From an uncultured Methanoregulaceae archaeon (GTDB taxonomy: Archaea; Halobacteriota; Methanomicrobia; Methanomicrobiales; Methanospirillaceae), in contig CAVYJD010000014.1 in the NCBI GenBank assembly GCA_963768785.1, positions 230,821 through 294,820 of the forward strand: 64,000 nucleotides of DNA, given 5' to 3'. The translations under genes and the position numbers were made by a program. The notes below the pieces were generated by a model, which was not told where the DNA came from, did not search any database, and saw only the letters and a list, made by a program, of their open reading frames with translations. Shown piece by piece: positions 43,584 through 54,586 of this stretch. Each line of letters begins with the position of its first letter. Within the stretch, counting starts at the first letter, position 1.

Positions 43584-44462
43584 TTATAATGCAGGAAACA
43601 CCCGGATAATATCCGATTGTGTGATGATCCCCACCGGTTTTCCCTCTTCAACAACAATCAGGCGGCCGATCTCCCGTTCCTTGAACCGCCGGATCACTTC
43701 AAAGAGCCGGGTATCAGAAGGGGCTTCGACAACATTTGTTGTCATGACTTTGGAAAGAGTTGTTTCAACGGAGAGCCCGGCATCCAGCGCTTTGATGATA
43801 TCACTCATCGTGACAATGCCCACCAGTTTTTCCTGGTCGATAATCGGGGCGCCATGAAAGTGGTTGATATTGAACAGCCTGATCGCATCACGGATAGTGT
43901 CCGTACTCTTCAGGACTTTCAGGGGGCTGCTCATATAATGCCGGATTGGCTTTTTCGGGAGCGAGAACATTTCTGATGTCGCAATAAGAAGCGATTGCTT
44001 TGCTTCATCCTTCCCGAACACTTCACCCCGGATCAGGAGCTTGTTCACCGGTGTCGGGCCAATGGTGATCTGGTCTCCGATATTAAAAATCTTGGAGCTC
44101 CCGACCAGTTTGATCACCGCATGGCAGACATCCGGGTGGCAGAGCGTGGTAAAATCGATCTCCTGGACATGTGCCCCTTTAACCTCTTGCCCGTCCCGGC
44201 TGATCTTGACATCATAGTCCACTCCTGCCGTATTCAGGTTAAGTTCCCGGTACGCCGTTTCGGTGGGGATGTATCCCCCTTTTGGACCCGGCACCCCGTC
44301 AACAAGACCAATCGCTTTTAAGGACTGCATCTGGTTGCGCACGGTACCCGGGTTGCGCTGGATCATATCTGCAATCTCCTCGCCTTTGATGGAATGGGAC
44401 TGCTGGTGATACAGCGTAATAAGGGTGATTAAGATGTCTTTCTGGATCAGGGACAAGTCCAT
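43584..44462 (-). CDS. HTH + CBS domain transcriptional regulator
   Basis: KGEEIA...NPGTVRNQMQSLKAIGLV.G.PGPKGGY; two CBS domains. Confidence 0.88.
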   Translation of the reverse strand: MDLSLIQKDILITLITLYHQQSHSIKGEEIADMIQRNPGTVRNQMQSLKAIGLVDGVPGPKGGYIPTETAYRELNLNTAGVDYDVKISRDGQEVKGAHVQEIDFTTLCHPDVCHAVIKLVGSSKIFNIGDQITIGPTPVNKLLIRGEVFGKDEAKQSLLIATSEMFSLPKKPIRHYMSSPLKVLKSTDTIRDAIRLFNINHFHGAPIIDQEKLVGIVTMSDIIKALDAGLSVETTLSKVMTTNVVEAPSDTRLFEVIRRFKEREIGRLIVVEEGKPVGIITQSDIIRVFPAL

Positions 44463-44500
44463 AACGATAAGACGTTATAACACTCTATGAATATATAGGT

Positions 44501-45479
44501 TTGAGTTTTGTGGAATTCGAAAAAATGCCAACCGTGCCAACGGCGGATGAGATCCTTGACCGGAGTTTCCGCCGTGCAGCAAAGAAGATGAAAGAGAAGA
44601 CGAACAAGGAGCGCGCCAACGAAGAGTTTGTACGGGCAGTTGGAGCAGCGATCCATGACCGGCTGGTATATATTATCCGTGGATTTCCCGAATTTGACCA
44701 GATACCGCCATTTTACCGGGAACTGGCTGATATCCTCTACGGTATTGACAACATAAAGCAGTCATTGGGAGCAGTCGGCTGGGCGGCAAAGCATACAAAA
44801 ATGGTGGGCAACCAGCTGGCAGTTGAATCCCGGCATTCGGATGAGACACTGGTGTTACGCAAAGCGGGCGGTTGCCCGTCTTGCCTCAATGGTGCACCAG
44901 ATCGATAAGGACCTGCGGTTCTTAAACGAAGTGCGAAACGTGCTCCGGAAACTTCCTCATGTTGAGGACGCCTACACCGTAGTCATTGCCGGTTACCCCA
45001 ACGTGGGAAAATCCTCGTTTATCCGGCTCGTCTCCTCCGCAGACCCGCAGATTGCATGCTACCCGTTTACCACAAAAAGCATCATCGTCGGTCACCGCGA
45101 GGACGGCCGTCACCGGATCCAGTTTGTCGATACCCCGGGTATCCTGGACCGGCCGGCAGAAGAGCGGAATGCAATAGAAAAACAGGCACTCTCCGCGATG
45201 ATGAACGTCGCCAACGTCATCCTCTTTATTCTCGACCCGTCCGAGCACTGCGGGTATCCCATGGACGTTCAGCTGAAGCTGCTTGAAGAAGTGAAAGGCA
45301 TGGTGAAAGTGCCAATCGTCGTTGTGGCAAACAAATCAGACATTGTAACCGACGAAAAGTACCTGTCCATGTCAACGCAGACAAAAGAAGGGGTTGACAA
45401 GGTGTTATCAGAACTCCTTGTCTTCAAACCCGCATTTATACAAAGCCGACAAGAGCCCAGCCCACCAGAAACCCAATAA
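44501..45479 (+). CDS. NOG1-family GTP-binding protein (frameshift near 44860)
   Basis: PTVPTADE, GYPNVGKSS, YPFTTK, DTPGILDRP, NKSD. Confidence 0.92.
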
Positions 45480-46419
45480 TCGTCCCGCCGTTTAATGGCG
45501 GGAGACCGGCCTGCGGGCGTCCTGACGTGACAAAATGGAGCAGGATGGCAAGGCCGGCGATGCGACCCGATGATTGCCCCGAGTGCCGGCAGGTTGATGA
45601 GCCCGAAGTATTCTGTCACCGTGGACAAAGACATTTGCTGAGACGACGAGGATCGAGGGCATGATCATGTCGCCCATGCCGATGATAAAGGCGGAGCGCT
45701 CGCCCCCGTCAGTCAGTTTTCCGATCCCATCTTTGATGAACGAGTAGCCCTTCCTTTTTGGGATCACAAAGAGGATCGGGGTCTTCTGGTCGATCACACC
45801 TTCCGCAAGCGTGATCATGTGTTTTGTCTTGTACACGGAGATCGCATCGTAGACCGCGAGGAGGACGAGGAGCAGGCAGACCGGCAGTATATCAAGCGAG
45901 ACGCCGAAGATCGCGGCCACCCCGGAGCCGATAAGGATGCCCAAGGCCATCGATCACATACCATTCCGGGTATTCGTACAAAAGGACCGTCGCGAGCACG
46001 GAAAGGACGAGAACGAGGCCCGTTGCTATGAGGGTCTGGGCGGTCGTTGAATAGACCACAACCGCAGGGAGCACCGCCTCCCACCATTCCGTTGTTGCCA
46101 CAGAGGTCTCGCCCATCGCTGCAAAGACTATTGCTGCGAAGATATACACGAACGTCAGGAAGAGTGCGATCGTGATGACCGCCCCGATCACCTTTTTTAA
46201 GTTGTACTTGATCAGGACGAGCAGGAACGCGGTGAAGACAAGGAGGATCCCGATGAAGATAAGCGGATTCTCCATCGAAGTCGGGTCCTGAAAGGCAACG
46301 ATTCCCGAGACCTGCACGGGAAGCGTGAGGAGCAGTGCACCGATTTCCACAGCGATGAGGAGGGCCGGCATTGCAAGAATGGGCATGAAGTTCTTGAGCT
46401 TGTCAGTCAGGGTGTTCAT
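45408..46419 (-). CDS. Presenilin-family intramembrane aspartyl protease PSH (several frameshifts)
   Basis: YPEWYVID, VYDAISVYKTKHM, GMGD; PQAGLPPLN in a shifted frame. Confidence 0.85.
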
Positions 46420-46476
46420 GAAGGTGTCTCCGGACAGATAGTTAGCTTAATTAGTGTGCCTTCATCATCTAAAAGC

Positions 46477-46791
46477 ATGGACATACGTGAGTATCTTATT
46501 GATATCCTGCTCACCATCGTCATGATTATCTCCACGCTCGTCCTCATCCTCCGTTTCTGGCAGGATCTTACGATTGCGATCGCGGCAGTCCTGATGATGC
46601 TCTCGCTGGGCGGGCTTTTCCTTTCCCTGCAGATCAAGGTACGGCGACTGGAACAGAACGTCATATCCCGCGAGCGGATGCTGCGCACGAACCTAGAGGA
46701 GATCTCAAACCGGATGGCACAGAAATACGATATGGCGATCACGCACCTTGACGAGCTGGTCACTGAAATGTCCAAACGGGCATACAAGTAA
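46477..46791 (+). CDS. Small membrane protein with coiled-coil C-terminus
   Basis: Two TM helices followed by a heptad-like segment. Confidence 0.7.
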   Translation: MDIREYLIDILLTIVMIISTLVLILRFWQDLTIAIAAVLMMLSLGGLFLSLQIKVRRLEQNVISRERMLRTNLEEISNRMAQKYDMAITHLDELVTEMSKRAYK

Positions 46792-46825
46792 TCCGGTTTT
46801 TTTCTTTTTGAGGGACGGTGAAACA

Positions 46826-47828
46826 ATGGGTGTTGCATTACGGGACATTATCGCGGATTATAAGACTCCGGTCGAATGGGAAAGCCTTGGCGGGGTTGCG
46901 GCAGTCGATGCAAATAATACCCTCTACCAGTTCCTGACCATCATCCGGCAGCCGGACGGCACTCCGCTGATGGACCGAAACGGCCGGGTTACGTCCCACC
47001 TCTCCGGCATCCTTTTCCGGATCTCGAATTTTTTGGGGAAAGGGATAAAACCGGTCTTTGTGTTCGACGGCGTGCCAACGGATTTAAAGCAGGCAACGAT
47101 TAATGCCCGCCGGAAAGTCCGCGATGACGCAGGAGAGCGCTGGATGGACGCGCTCAAGCGGGGCGACGAGGCAGAGGCATACAAGCAGGCACGGTCATCC
47201 ACCCGCGTGGATACGACCATTCTTGAGACCTCAAAAGAACTCCTCCGCCTGATGGGTATCCCGGTGGTACAGGCACCGGGAGAAGGGGAGGCACAGGCAG
47301 CGTATATGGTGGCAAAAGGCGATGCCCGGTATGCGGTGTCGCAGGATTATGATACGCTGCTCTTTGGCACACCGACACTTGCCCGGAACCTGACCATCAC
47401 CGGCAAACGGAAGATCCGGGGCCGGACGATCACGGTCAACCCGGAGCGGATCATACTTGCCGATGTGCTGGCCGGGCTCCGGATCTACCCGTGAACAGTT
47501 GATCCAGATCGGTATCCTTGTGGGGACGGATTTCAATCCCGGGGTCCATGGCGTTGGCCCCAAAACGGGCCTGAAACTGGTGCAGAAGGGCGAGTTTGAG
47601 GCAAAACTCAAAGAGAGCCTGCCGGACTTTGATCCGGCCCCGGTTATCGATCTGTTCCTCCACCCCCCGGTGACAAATGACTATGCCTTGTCATGGAATC
47701 ACCCGGACAGCGAAGGGATAAAGAAGATGCTCTGCGACGGGTATGATTTCTCCGAAGAGCGGGTGAACAAGGCCCTTGAAGCGTATGCGGTTAAGGCAGG
47801 GCAGAAGACGCTGGAAGGGTGGTTTTGA
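46826..47828 (+). CDS. fen: Flap endonuclease 1 (frameshift near 47480)
   Basis: [44 protein letters not shown]; PIP box QKTLEGWF. Confidence 0.95.
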
Positions 47829-48078
47829 TACCGTGAAACATTACAGGAAGACGAGATGGATTCCCTGTTGTTCATTTTTCCCATCGCAATTCCCGCCGGT
47901 CCGACACCCGGTCCCCCTGCTCACTTCATAGTGCAACTCCGCCTGCCTACCGACAAATAAACATGTATAAACACCGGAAACGTGAATTTTGATCACGAAA
48001 CGTTCAGCCGGACCTTTCAAAAGATACACCCTGTCCGGGATCGCTACAATCATACAATCATAATCACTGGTGAACCGC

Positions 48079-49290
48079 ATGCACCTGCACTCCTGCAAAA
48101 AGACCTACAACAACGAGACCCAGCGCGCCTTACCCCTCGCAGAGACACTGAAAAGGATCGAACCTAAAGTTCCCGCTGCCGGTATCACCCGGGTTGCCGA
48201 TATCACCAACCTTGACCGGATCGGGATCCCGGTCTTCTCCTGTATCCGCCCGACTGCCGAATCCGGGGCAATTACGGTGTACAACGGCAAGGGTGCGACC
48301 GTTGAAGAGTCGCGTATTTCTGCCATCATGGAAGGCATCGAGCGGTACTCGTCAGAAGTGCATGACCGCAAACTCCGGGTCGATCTCTACTCCCAGATCG
48401 TAGGACGGGAACCGGTGATCAATCCCGAAGAGCTGATTCTCCCCCCGGAAGCCAATGTCGACCGCATCATCCCGTGGGTTGAAGGGTATGATATCGCAAA
48501 CGACGAAACGGTGCTTGTCCCGGCCCATGCGGTCTTCCACCCGGTGCTGCCCAACAACCGGCAGATCTTCCGCACCAACACGAACGGGCTTGCTTCCGGG
48601 AATACAATGGAGGAGGCAATATTCCATGCACTCTCCGAAGTCGTTGAGCGGGATGCATGGTCGCTTGTCGAGAGCACGCGGGATACCGGTCCGGCAGTTG
48701 TCAACATCGATGACCCGACACTGCTGGACATGCAGAAGAAATTTGCCGATGCACAGGTCGAGGTCACGGTGAGGGATATCACCAGCGACATCGGTATACC
48801 CACTATGGCGGCAGTGGCTGATGATGTGCTGTTAAAGGACCCCTCCCTCCTGACGATTGGCATCGGGACCCACACAAGTGCCCGGATTGCGGTCATGCGG
48901 GCGCTGACCGAAGTAGCACAGAGCCGGCTGACGCAGATCCATGGCGCCCGGGAAGACACCACCATCGCCGACCTCAGAAAGAAGATGGGATATGACCGGG
49001 CAAAACGGATCAATGCGTACTGGTTCAGGGATAACGGAACGATTGACTACACAAACATCGCGTCCTATGACAGCGACGATTTCCAAAAAGACATCCGGTT
49101 TGTTATCGACGCCCTGTACAAACAGGGCCTTGAACGGGTGATTGTCGTTGACCTGACACGGGAAGAGATTGGGATCCCGGTCGTTCGGGTCGTGGTTCCG
49201 GGGCTTGAAGTCTTTGCGATGGACCCGGAGCGGCGGGGAGAACGGGTGAAAAATGCAAAAAATCATCGTCTTTCTCGGGCCAAGTCTTGA
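48079..49290 (+). CDS. ycaO: YcaO-family McrA-glycine thioamidation protein
   Basis: GITRVADITNLDRIGIP, NGKG, MEGIER, TNGLASGN, EVVERD, QIHGARED; overlaps tfuA. Confidence 0.93.
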   Translation: MHLHSCKKTYNNETQRALPLAETLKRIEPKVPAAGITRVADITNLDRIGIPVFSCIRPTAESGAITVYNGKGATVEESRISAIMEGIERYSSEVHDRKLRVDLYSQIVGREPVINPEELILPPEANVDRIIPWVEGYDIANDETVLVPAHAVFHPVLPNNRQIFRTNTNGLASGNTMEEAIFHALSEVVERDAWSLVESTRDTGPAVVNIDDPTLLDMQKKFADAQVEVTVRDITSDIGIPTMAAVADDVLLKDPSLLTIGIGTHTSARIAVMRALTEVAQSRLTQIHGAREDTTIADLRKKMGYDRAKRINAYWFRDNGTIDYTNIASYDSDDFQKDIRFVIDALYKQGLERVIVVDLTREEIGIPVVRVVVPGLEVFAMDPERRGERVKNAKNHRLSRAKS

Positions 49291-49909
49291 TCATGTATCA
49301 GCCGGCAAAATCCTCGCTGCCGAGTACCGGCCGCCGGCAAAACGCGGGGATATCCTTTCGGCGGTCGCAGACGGTGCAACGGTTATCGGGTTAATCGACG
49401 GTGTCTTTCACCAGGACTGCGCTGTTGCCCACCGCGAGGTCATGCATGCGATAAAAAAAGGGGTGAAGGTCATCGGTGCATCGAGCATGGGAGCGCTCCG
49501 GGCGGCAGAACTTGATACGCTCGGTATGGTCGGCATTGGCGAGATCTACCGCCAGTATGCCGCAAAGGAACTGGAATCCGATGACGAAGTCGCCCTTATC
49601 TTTGACCCAGAAACCTACATCCCGCTGTCAGAGCCTCTTGTCAATATCCGCTGCTCGTTAAACAGGGCACAGGCTGCAGGCATCATTACTCCCGATTTGC
49701 ATGCCACACTTCTTTCTGCTGCCCGCTCGGTCTTTTACCCGCAGCGTACCTGGTCACATATACTGTCAGTTGCCGGGGATTCGATCGATGCAGGAACCCG
49801 TGAACGGTTCGTGTCGTGGATGAAAACTGCCTCATGCGACCAGAAGAAAGAAGATGCGATTGCGGCGCTGGAGTATATCCGGGATAGTGCATCCAGTAAA
49901 CCGGAATAA
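49253..49909 (+). CDS. tfuA: TfuA-family thioamidation partner
   Basis: FLGPSL, PPAKRGD, IDGVF, GASSMGALRAAE, DDEVA, KKEDA. Confidence 0.93.
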   Translation: MQKIIVFLGPSLDHVSAGKILAAEYRPPAKRGDILSAVADGATVIGLIDGVFHQDCAVAHREVMHAIKKGVKVIGASSMGALRAAELDTLGMVGIGEIYRQYAAKELESDDEVALIFDPETYIPLSEPLVNIRCSLNRAQAAGIITPDLHATLLSAARSVFYPQRTWSHILSVAGDSIDAGTRERFVSWMKTASCDQKKEDAIAALEYIRDSASSKPE

Positions 49910-49999
49910 GATATTGATGAGATAATACCATAAACTGATAAAATTCACGTCAAAATAATGAAGATTTTTTCAGATTTTATACAATTTTAATAGATTATT

Positions 50000-50200
50000 G
50001 ATGGGGGCTGATGCCCCCATACCCCCATTACGATGGACTCCGCCGCCCTCGACGGGGCACCCCCGCGGCGATTTTAAAATATGAGTAGTCCCTATGTAAC
50101 AAATGTCGTTCATTTTTTTGGATATTAAAAAAACCGTCTTGCCCAGCGAGGGGTCGACGAGACCCCCGAGCGACCCCATCAGGGGTGGGATACATCGTAA
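50000..50200 (-). repeat. Composite element C + spacer + B + terminal hairpin (copy 1)
   Basis: Reverse complement aligns over about 200 bp with 63152-63352; lies between convergent genes. Confidence 0.88.
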
Positions 50201-50322
50201 TAAAATCATAAATTTTGTTGTTCCTAACATATTCCAAAAAACACAATTTAAAAAATTACCTTTTGGAATGCCACAATTACATATCCACAATTTTCTTAAA
50301 AAAAGCCCGCAAAAATGAAGAT

Positions 50323-50919
50323 TTACTCCATCTTCCGCCACACGTACGCAAACCGCTGGAATGCGGTAACATGCCCGAATATCCCGAATAACAAGAGCAG
50401 CCAGCCAAACCACGTCAGCCAGAGAATTTTTATGGGGAACAGGATACTGATAATCCCGACAACGAGGATCAGGACAAGCCGGTCAGCCCGCCCGAGGATT
50501 CCCCCGTAATACCTGCCGACACCGACAGCCTGTGCCTGGGTACCAAGGTACGATGACATCAGGACACCGGTAAGAGCCAGCACACCGATCTGCCACGGCA
50601 CGACTCCACTTGCGAATATGCCCGTAATGATGAAGATATCCGCGTACCGGTCCACCGCATGGTCAAGGAAATCCCCCCGCTTGCTCGTGATCTTCATCTC
50701 GCGGGCGACAGCGCCGTCCATCGCGTCAAAGAATGCGTTTAAGGCAACCGCGAGAACTGCCCAGAGTTCCAGCCGGAGATAGAAAAGGATACCGGCAACC
50801 GCTGACGCGATAAATGCGGCTATGGTGAGAATATTTGGCGTGATCCTGCACCGTATCGCAAAAGACACCAGCGGGTCAAAGTAGACCTTCACATGCGGGC
50901 GGTACTGGTCGAGCGTCAA
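50323..50919 (-). CDS. CDP-alcohol phosphatidyltransferase (archaetidylinositol-phosphate synthase-like)
   Basis: TPNILT, DAMDGAVAR......GDFLDHAVDRYAD; TTG start after GAGGTG. Confidence 0.88.
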   Translation of the reverse strand: MTLDQYRPHVKVYFDPLVSFAIRCRITPNILTIAAFIASAVAGILFYLRLELWAVLAVALNAFFDAMDGAVAREMKITSKRGDFLDHAVDRYADIFIITGIFASGVVPWQIGVLALTGVLMSSYLGTQAQAVGVGRYYGGILGRADRLVLILVVGIISILFPIKILWLTWFGWLLLLFGIFGHVTAFQRFAYVWRKME

Positions 50920-51429
50920 CTGTGCACCTCGACAAACATCGACCAGTCGATGTGTGCCATATGAGGCGGGGATTTCTCCTTTGAAGAACTTCTCAATCAT
51001 ATCGGCACACTGTGTCGGGTTTTTGCCGGTACTATCGACTTCGAGGATTTTGTCCGGGTCGTACATCTCCACCGTTTCAATCAGGCAGACGTCCAGCGCT
51101 TCGGCATCCTTGTTCTCCCGGATCTTCTCTGCCCGGTATTTGCGCTGTTGTAACCGTGCCTCAAGCTCATCGGGACGACAGCGGAGCACGACGATGCAGT
51201 CGCAGGGCAGCAGGTGGGCAAAATGCCCCTCGATAAATCCATGAAAGGGTGTAAGATCATCCGAGAGCCGGTCAACATCGATCACCTGCGTATCACGCTC
51301 TTCATCATCACCGATGACGTACGGCTGGACAATCTCCGTGATGTGGACTACGGTATACCCGCGCCGGGCAAGCTCGTCGGCAATAATCGATTTTCCCGTG
51401 CCCGGCGTCCCGGTGATGCCGCACATCAT
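50916..51429 (-). CDS. Atypical adenylate kinase (AK6/Fap7 family); frameshift near the C-terminus
   Basis: ITGTPGTGKS, EGHFAH, LRCRP..L..RL..R.Y...KIREN. Confidence 0.88.
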
Positions 51430-52481
51430 AGCGAGTTTATCTCCACCAAGAACATCTCGTTCTCCCAGTCTTCTCCGATACTCACACGGATATAATGATC
51501 GGGAAGCCCGCTAAAGCTTCTGCAGGAGCGGACAAGTACCCCTTTCTTTGCAAGCTTCTCCACCACTTCGTCGCTTGTATGGGGAGCTACATCAACCATG
51601 ACGAAGTTCGCGTCCGATGGCAGGACCGGGAACTTCACTTCTGCAGTAAACCGTGCCCGCCACCGTAATACCTGTTTGATATAATCAGCCGCGTGTTCTG
51701 TATCTTCCAGTGCCGCTGCCGCAGCTGCCGCAGATACCGAATTCACCGTAAACGGGGTGCCCGCCCGCTGGTAGTACGGCACCAGCCATGCCGGCACAAA
51801 TGCATACCCGATCCGCAGCCCGGCAAGCGAGTGCACCTTGGAAAACGTCCTGCCGATCACGAGATTGTCGTATTTTCGCAACAGCGGGAGGTAATCGGTA
51901 TCCGAGAACTCGACGTATGCATTATCGAGGAACACAATTCCCCCTGCACCTTCAAGCACACGGGCAACGGTCTCAAGCGACGTCGCGTTGCCGGTCGGGT
52001 TGTTTGGCGTGCAGAGCACCGTGATCTTCGCATTCCTGCCAGCCTGTGCCAACGCCTCTGCATCGACAGAGAAGTCATTCTTTCTAGGGACAATAATGAC
52101 CTTTGCACCCTGCGCCTGCGCAGCAAGCCCGTAGAACGAGAATGTGGGCGTGGATATGGCAACAGTTTCCCCGGGCTCGACAAGCGTGCGCATCAGCGTC
52201 TCGATGACGCCGTCCATGCCGACACCGGTGACAAAGTGGTAGTCTCCGTAACATTTTTCGAGGGCACGGGTGAGCACATCCACCCGTTCATCGGGGTACC
52301 TGTTCACGGTCTCAAGTGCCTGTTGAGCGGCAGCTAACACGGGAAGGGATGGGGGAACGGGATTCTCGTTGCTTGCGAGCCGGGCGATGCGGGTGGTGCC
52401 CTCCTGTCGGGCGAGATCGCCGGCTTTTCTGGCAAATACGTAGCCGCCCTGTTTATAGCATGACCTGACCAAGCGCTCCAT
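51426..52481 (-). CDS. hisC: Histidinol-phosphate aminotransferase
   Basis: LASNENP, NRYPD, PNNPTG, DNAYVEF, RTFSKVHSLAGLRIGY. Confidence 0.93.
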   Translation of the reverse strand: MERLVRSCYKQGGYVFARKAGDLARQEGTTRIARLASNENPVPPSLPVLAAAQQALETVNRYPDERVDVLTRALEKCYGDYHFVTGVGMDGVIETLMRTLVEPGETVAISTPTFSFYGLAAQAQGAKVIIVPRKNDFSVDAEALAQAGRNAKITVLCTPNNPTGNATSLETVARVLEGAGGIVFLDNAYVEFSDTDYLPLLRKYDNLVIGRTFSKVHSLAGLRIGYAFVPAWLVPYYQRAGTPFTVNSVSAAAAAAALEDTEHAADYIKQVLRWRARFTAEVKFPVLPSDANFVMVDVAPHTSDEVVEKLAKKGVLVRSCRSFSGLPDHYIRVSIGEDWENEMFLVEINSL

Positions 52482-53604
52482 CGATAACCCTGACCACACG
52501 GTCAATCTCGGCATCCGTGATAACCAGCGGCGGGACAAGACGCAGGTTGCCATCCGCCGCACAGTTCACGAGCACCCCTTCAGCGGCGCATTTCTTCTGG
52601 ACATCGGCACACTTGTCGCCAACCGTGATCCCGATCATCAGCCCGCGGCCGCGTGGATGGTATTTTTCCAGGCCTTTCTTGATCCGCTCTCCTTTGCGGG
52701 TGATATCCGGCAGGATCTTTTCAATGACCCCGATGGTCGCAAGCGCTGCCGCACAGGCAAGCGGGCCGCCGGCAAACGTGCTCCCGTGCTCGCTCTTCTT
52801 GAACTCCAGTCCTTCCCGTGCGACAAGCGCTCCCATCGGAAACCCGCTTGCAATACCTTTTGCAAGAGTGACGATATCAGGCACGGCTTTTGTGTGCTGC
52901 ACCGCAAGCCACTTACCGGTCCGGCCCATGCCGGTCTGCACTTCATCGACGATCATAAGCGTGTCGGTCTTGTCACAAATCTCGCGGATCCCTTCCATGA
53001 AACTGTCCGGGGGGATTATGACACCGGCTTCACCCTGTATCGGCTCGACAATGACACCAGCGGTATCGCCGTCAATGGCTTTTTTCAGAGCTGCAAGATC
53101 GCCATATTCGACAAACGTTGTCTTGATCCCGAGCGGTTCAAACGGTTCCCGGATTGCAGGTTTGTGGGTGACTGCAAGCGACCCCACGGTACGGCCGTGG
53201 AACCCGTGTACGAACGCCACAAATTTCTTTTTCCCGGTCCTGACCCGGGCAAGTTTCATGGCGCCGTCGGTAGCCTCGGCCCCCGAATTTGAGAAGAATG
53301 CCTTGTGCAAACCCGTGATTTCCACGATTTTTTTGGCCAATTCTCCCTGGTGGGGGACGTAATAGAGGTTGGAGCAGTGGATGAGCGAGTGCGCCTGGTC
53401 GCAGATCGCCCTGACGACTGCCGGGTGGCAGTGCCCGGTGCTGCACACCGCAATGCCGGCCACGCAGTCGATATATTCGTTTCCTTCCGCATCCCAGACT
53501 TTTGAGCCTTCCCCCTTCACGATTGCCATATCCCGGGAGAATGCGGGCATATAGTAGCGCTCATCGAGCATCTTGAACTGGCTGGTTTTTTCCATTCTCA
53601 TCAC
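52453..53604 (-). CDS. argD: Acetylornithine aminotransferase
   Basis: SNSGAEA, FHGRT, EPIQGEAG, DEVQTGMGRTG, TLAKG, HGSTFAG. Confidence 0.92.
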   Translation of the reverse strand: MMRMEKTSQFKMLDERYYMPAFSRDMAIVKGEGSKVWDAEGNEYIDCVAGIAVCSTGHCHPAVVRAICDQAHSLIHCSNLYYVPHQGELAKKIVEITGLHKAFFSNSGAEATDGAMKLARVRTGKKKFVAFVHGFHGRTVGSLAVTHKPAIREPFEPLGIKTTFVEYGDLAALKKAIDGDTAGVIVEPIQGEAGVIIPPDSFMEGIREICDKTDTLMIVDEVQTGMGRTGKWLAVQHTKAVPDIVTLAKGIASGFPMGALVAREGLEFKKSEHGSTFAGGPLACAAALATIGVIEKILPDITRKGERIKKGLEKYHPRGRGLMIGITVGDKCADVQKKCAAEGVLVNCAADGNLRLVPPLVITDAEIDRVVRVIDGALGQVML

Positions 53605-53656
53605 TTTTTTTTTATTGTTCGTTAATCCTGTTTAGACGGTCTTTGTTAAAGAGCAC

Positions 53657-54574
53657 TCACTCGTACTCAATTGTTGCCGGAGGTTTTGCCGTGATATCGT
53701 AGACCACCCGCGAGACACTCGGGATTTCAGCGGTGATCCGCGAACCGATTTTTGTAAGATGATCAAACGGGATGTTGATCGGGTCGGCAGTCATCCCGTC
53801 CCGGGAGTTGACCGCACGGATGGCAACAATCCACCCGTGGATGCGGTTGTCCCCTTTTACACCGGTTCCAAGGCCAAGGAGCGCCGCAAAGCACTGCCAC
53901 GGGTGGTACCGTTCGACAAGTTCCTCTTCGACAATCCAGTTTGCCTCACGGATGACCTCGACTTTTTCTTTTGTCACTTCACCAAGCACGCGGACGGCAA
54001 GCCCGGGCCCCGGGAACGGCATCCGGTGCTGGATCTCCTTTGGCATGCCAAGCGCCCCGGCGACATCACGGACTTCGTCCTTGTAGAGGTCGCGGAGAGG
54101 CTCGATCACTTTTGAGAATTCCATGTGGAGGGGCATTCCGCCGACATTATGATGGCTCTTGATGCCCCCCTCGCTCTCGATCCGGTCAGGATAGATCGTG
54201 CCCTGCAACAGGCATCTGGCGCCCTGCTTTTTTGCTTCCCGCTCAAAACACCGGATAAACCGCTCGCCGATTGCTTTGCGCTTTGCCTCGGGATCGGTGA
54301 TTCCCTGCAGGGACTTAAGGAATTCATCACCGGCCTCAACAACCTGGAGCTGGATATCGGAAAAGAGCGTTCTTATCCGTTCAGTTTCCCCTTTGCGCAT
54401 CAGGCCGGTATCGATATAGATCGGGATCAGCCGGTCGCCGATGGCCCGGGCGGCAAGGACGGCACATACGGAGCTGTCAACACCCCCGGAGAGAGCCATG
54501 ACGACCTTATCAGTGCCGGCAGCGGTTTTGATCTCCTCGATTGACTGGGCGATAAATTTTTGTGTGTTTACCAT
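53657..54574 (-). CDS. guaA: GMP synthase, ATP-pyrophosphatase subunit B
   Basis: [38 protein letters not shown]. Confidence 0.95.
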   Translation of the reverse strand: MVNTQKFIAQSIEEIKTAAGTDKVVMALSGGVDSSVCAVLAARAIGDRLIPIYIDTGLMRKGETERIRTLFSDIQLQVVEAGDEFLKSLQGITDPEAKRKAIGERFIRCFEREAKKQGARCLLQGTIYPDRIESEGGIKSHHNVGGMPLHMEFSKVIEPLRDLYKDEVRDVAGALGMPKEIQHRMPFPGPGLAVRVLGEVTKEKVEVIREANWIVEEELVERYHPWQCFAALLGLGTGVKGDNRIHGWIVAIRAVNSRDGMTADPINIPFDHLTKIGSRITAEIPSVSRVVYDITAKPPATIEYE

Positions 54575-54586
54575 ACGATCGCAATC

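Noticed and set aside
39637-47828. Programmed frameshifting or mass pseudogenisation of RPA, NOG1, PSH and fen
   Set aside because: These are conserved genes with intact halves and no common recoding signal; sequencing error is more parsimonious.
50323-51429. Adenylate kinase-CDP-alcohol transferase fusion
   Set aside because: A shifted frame gives the usual ..IDWS.. kinase end with TGA overlapping a TTG start preceded by GAGGTG; artefactual fusion.
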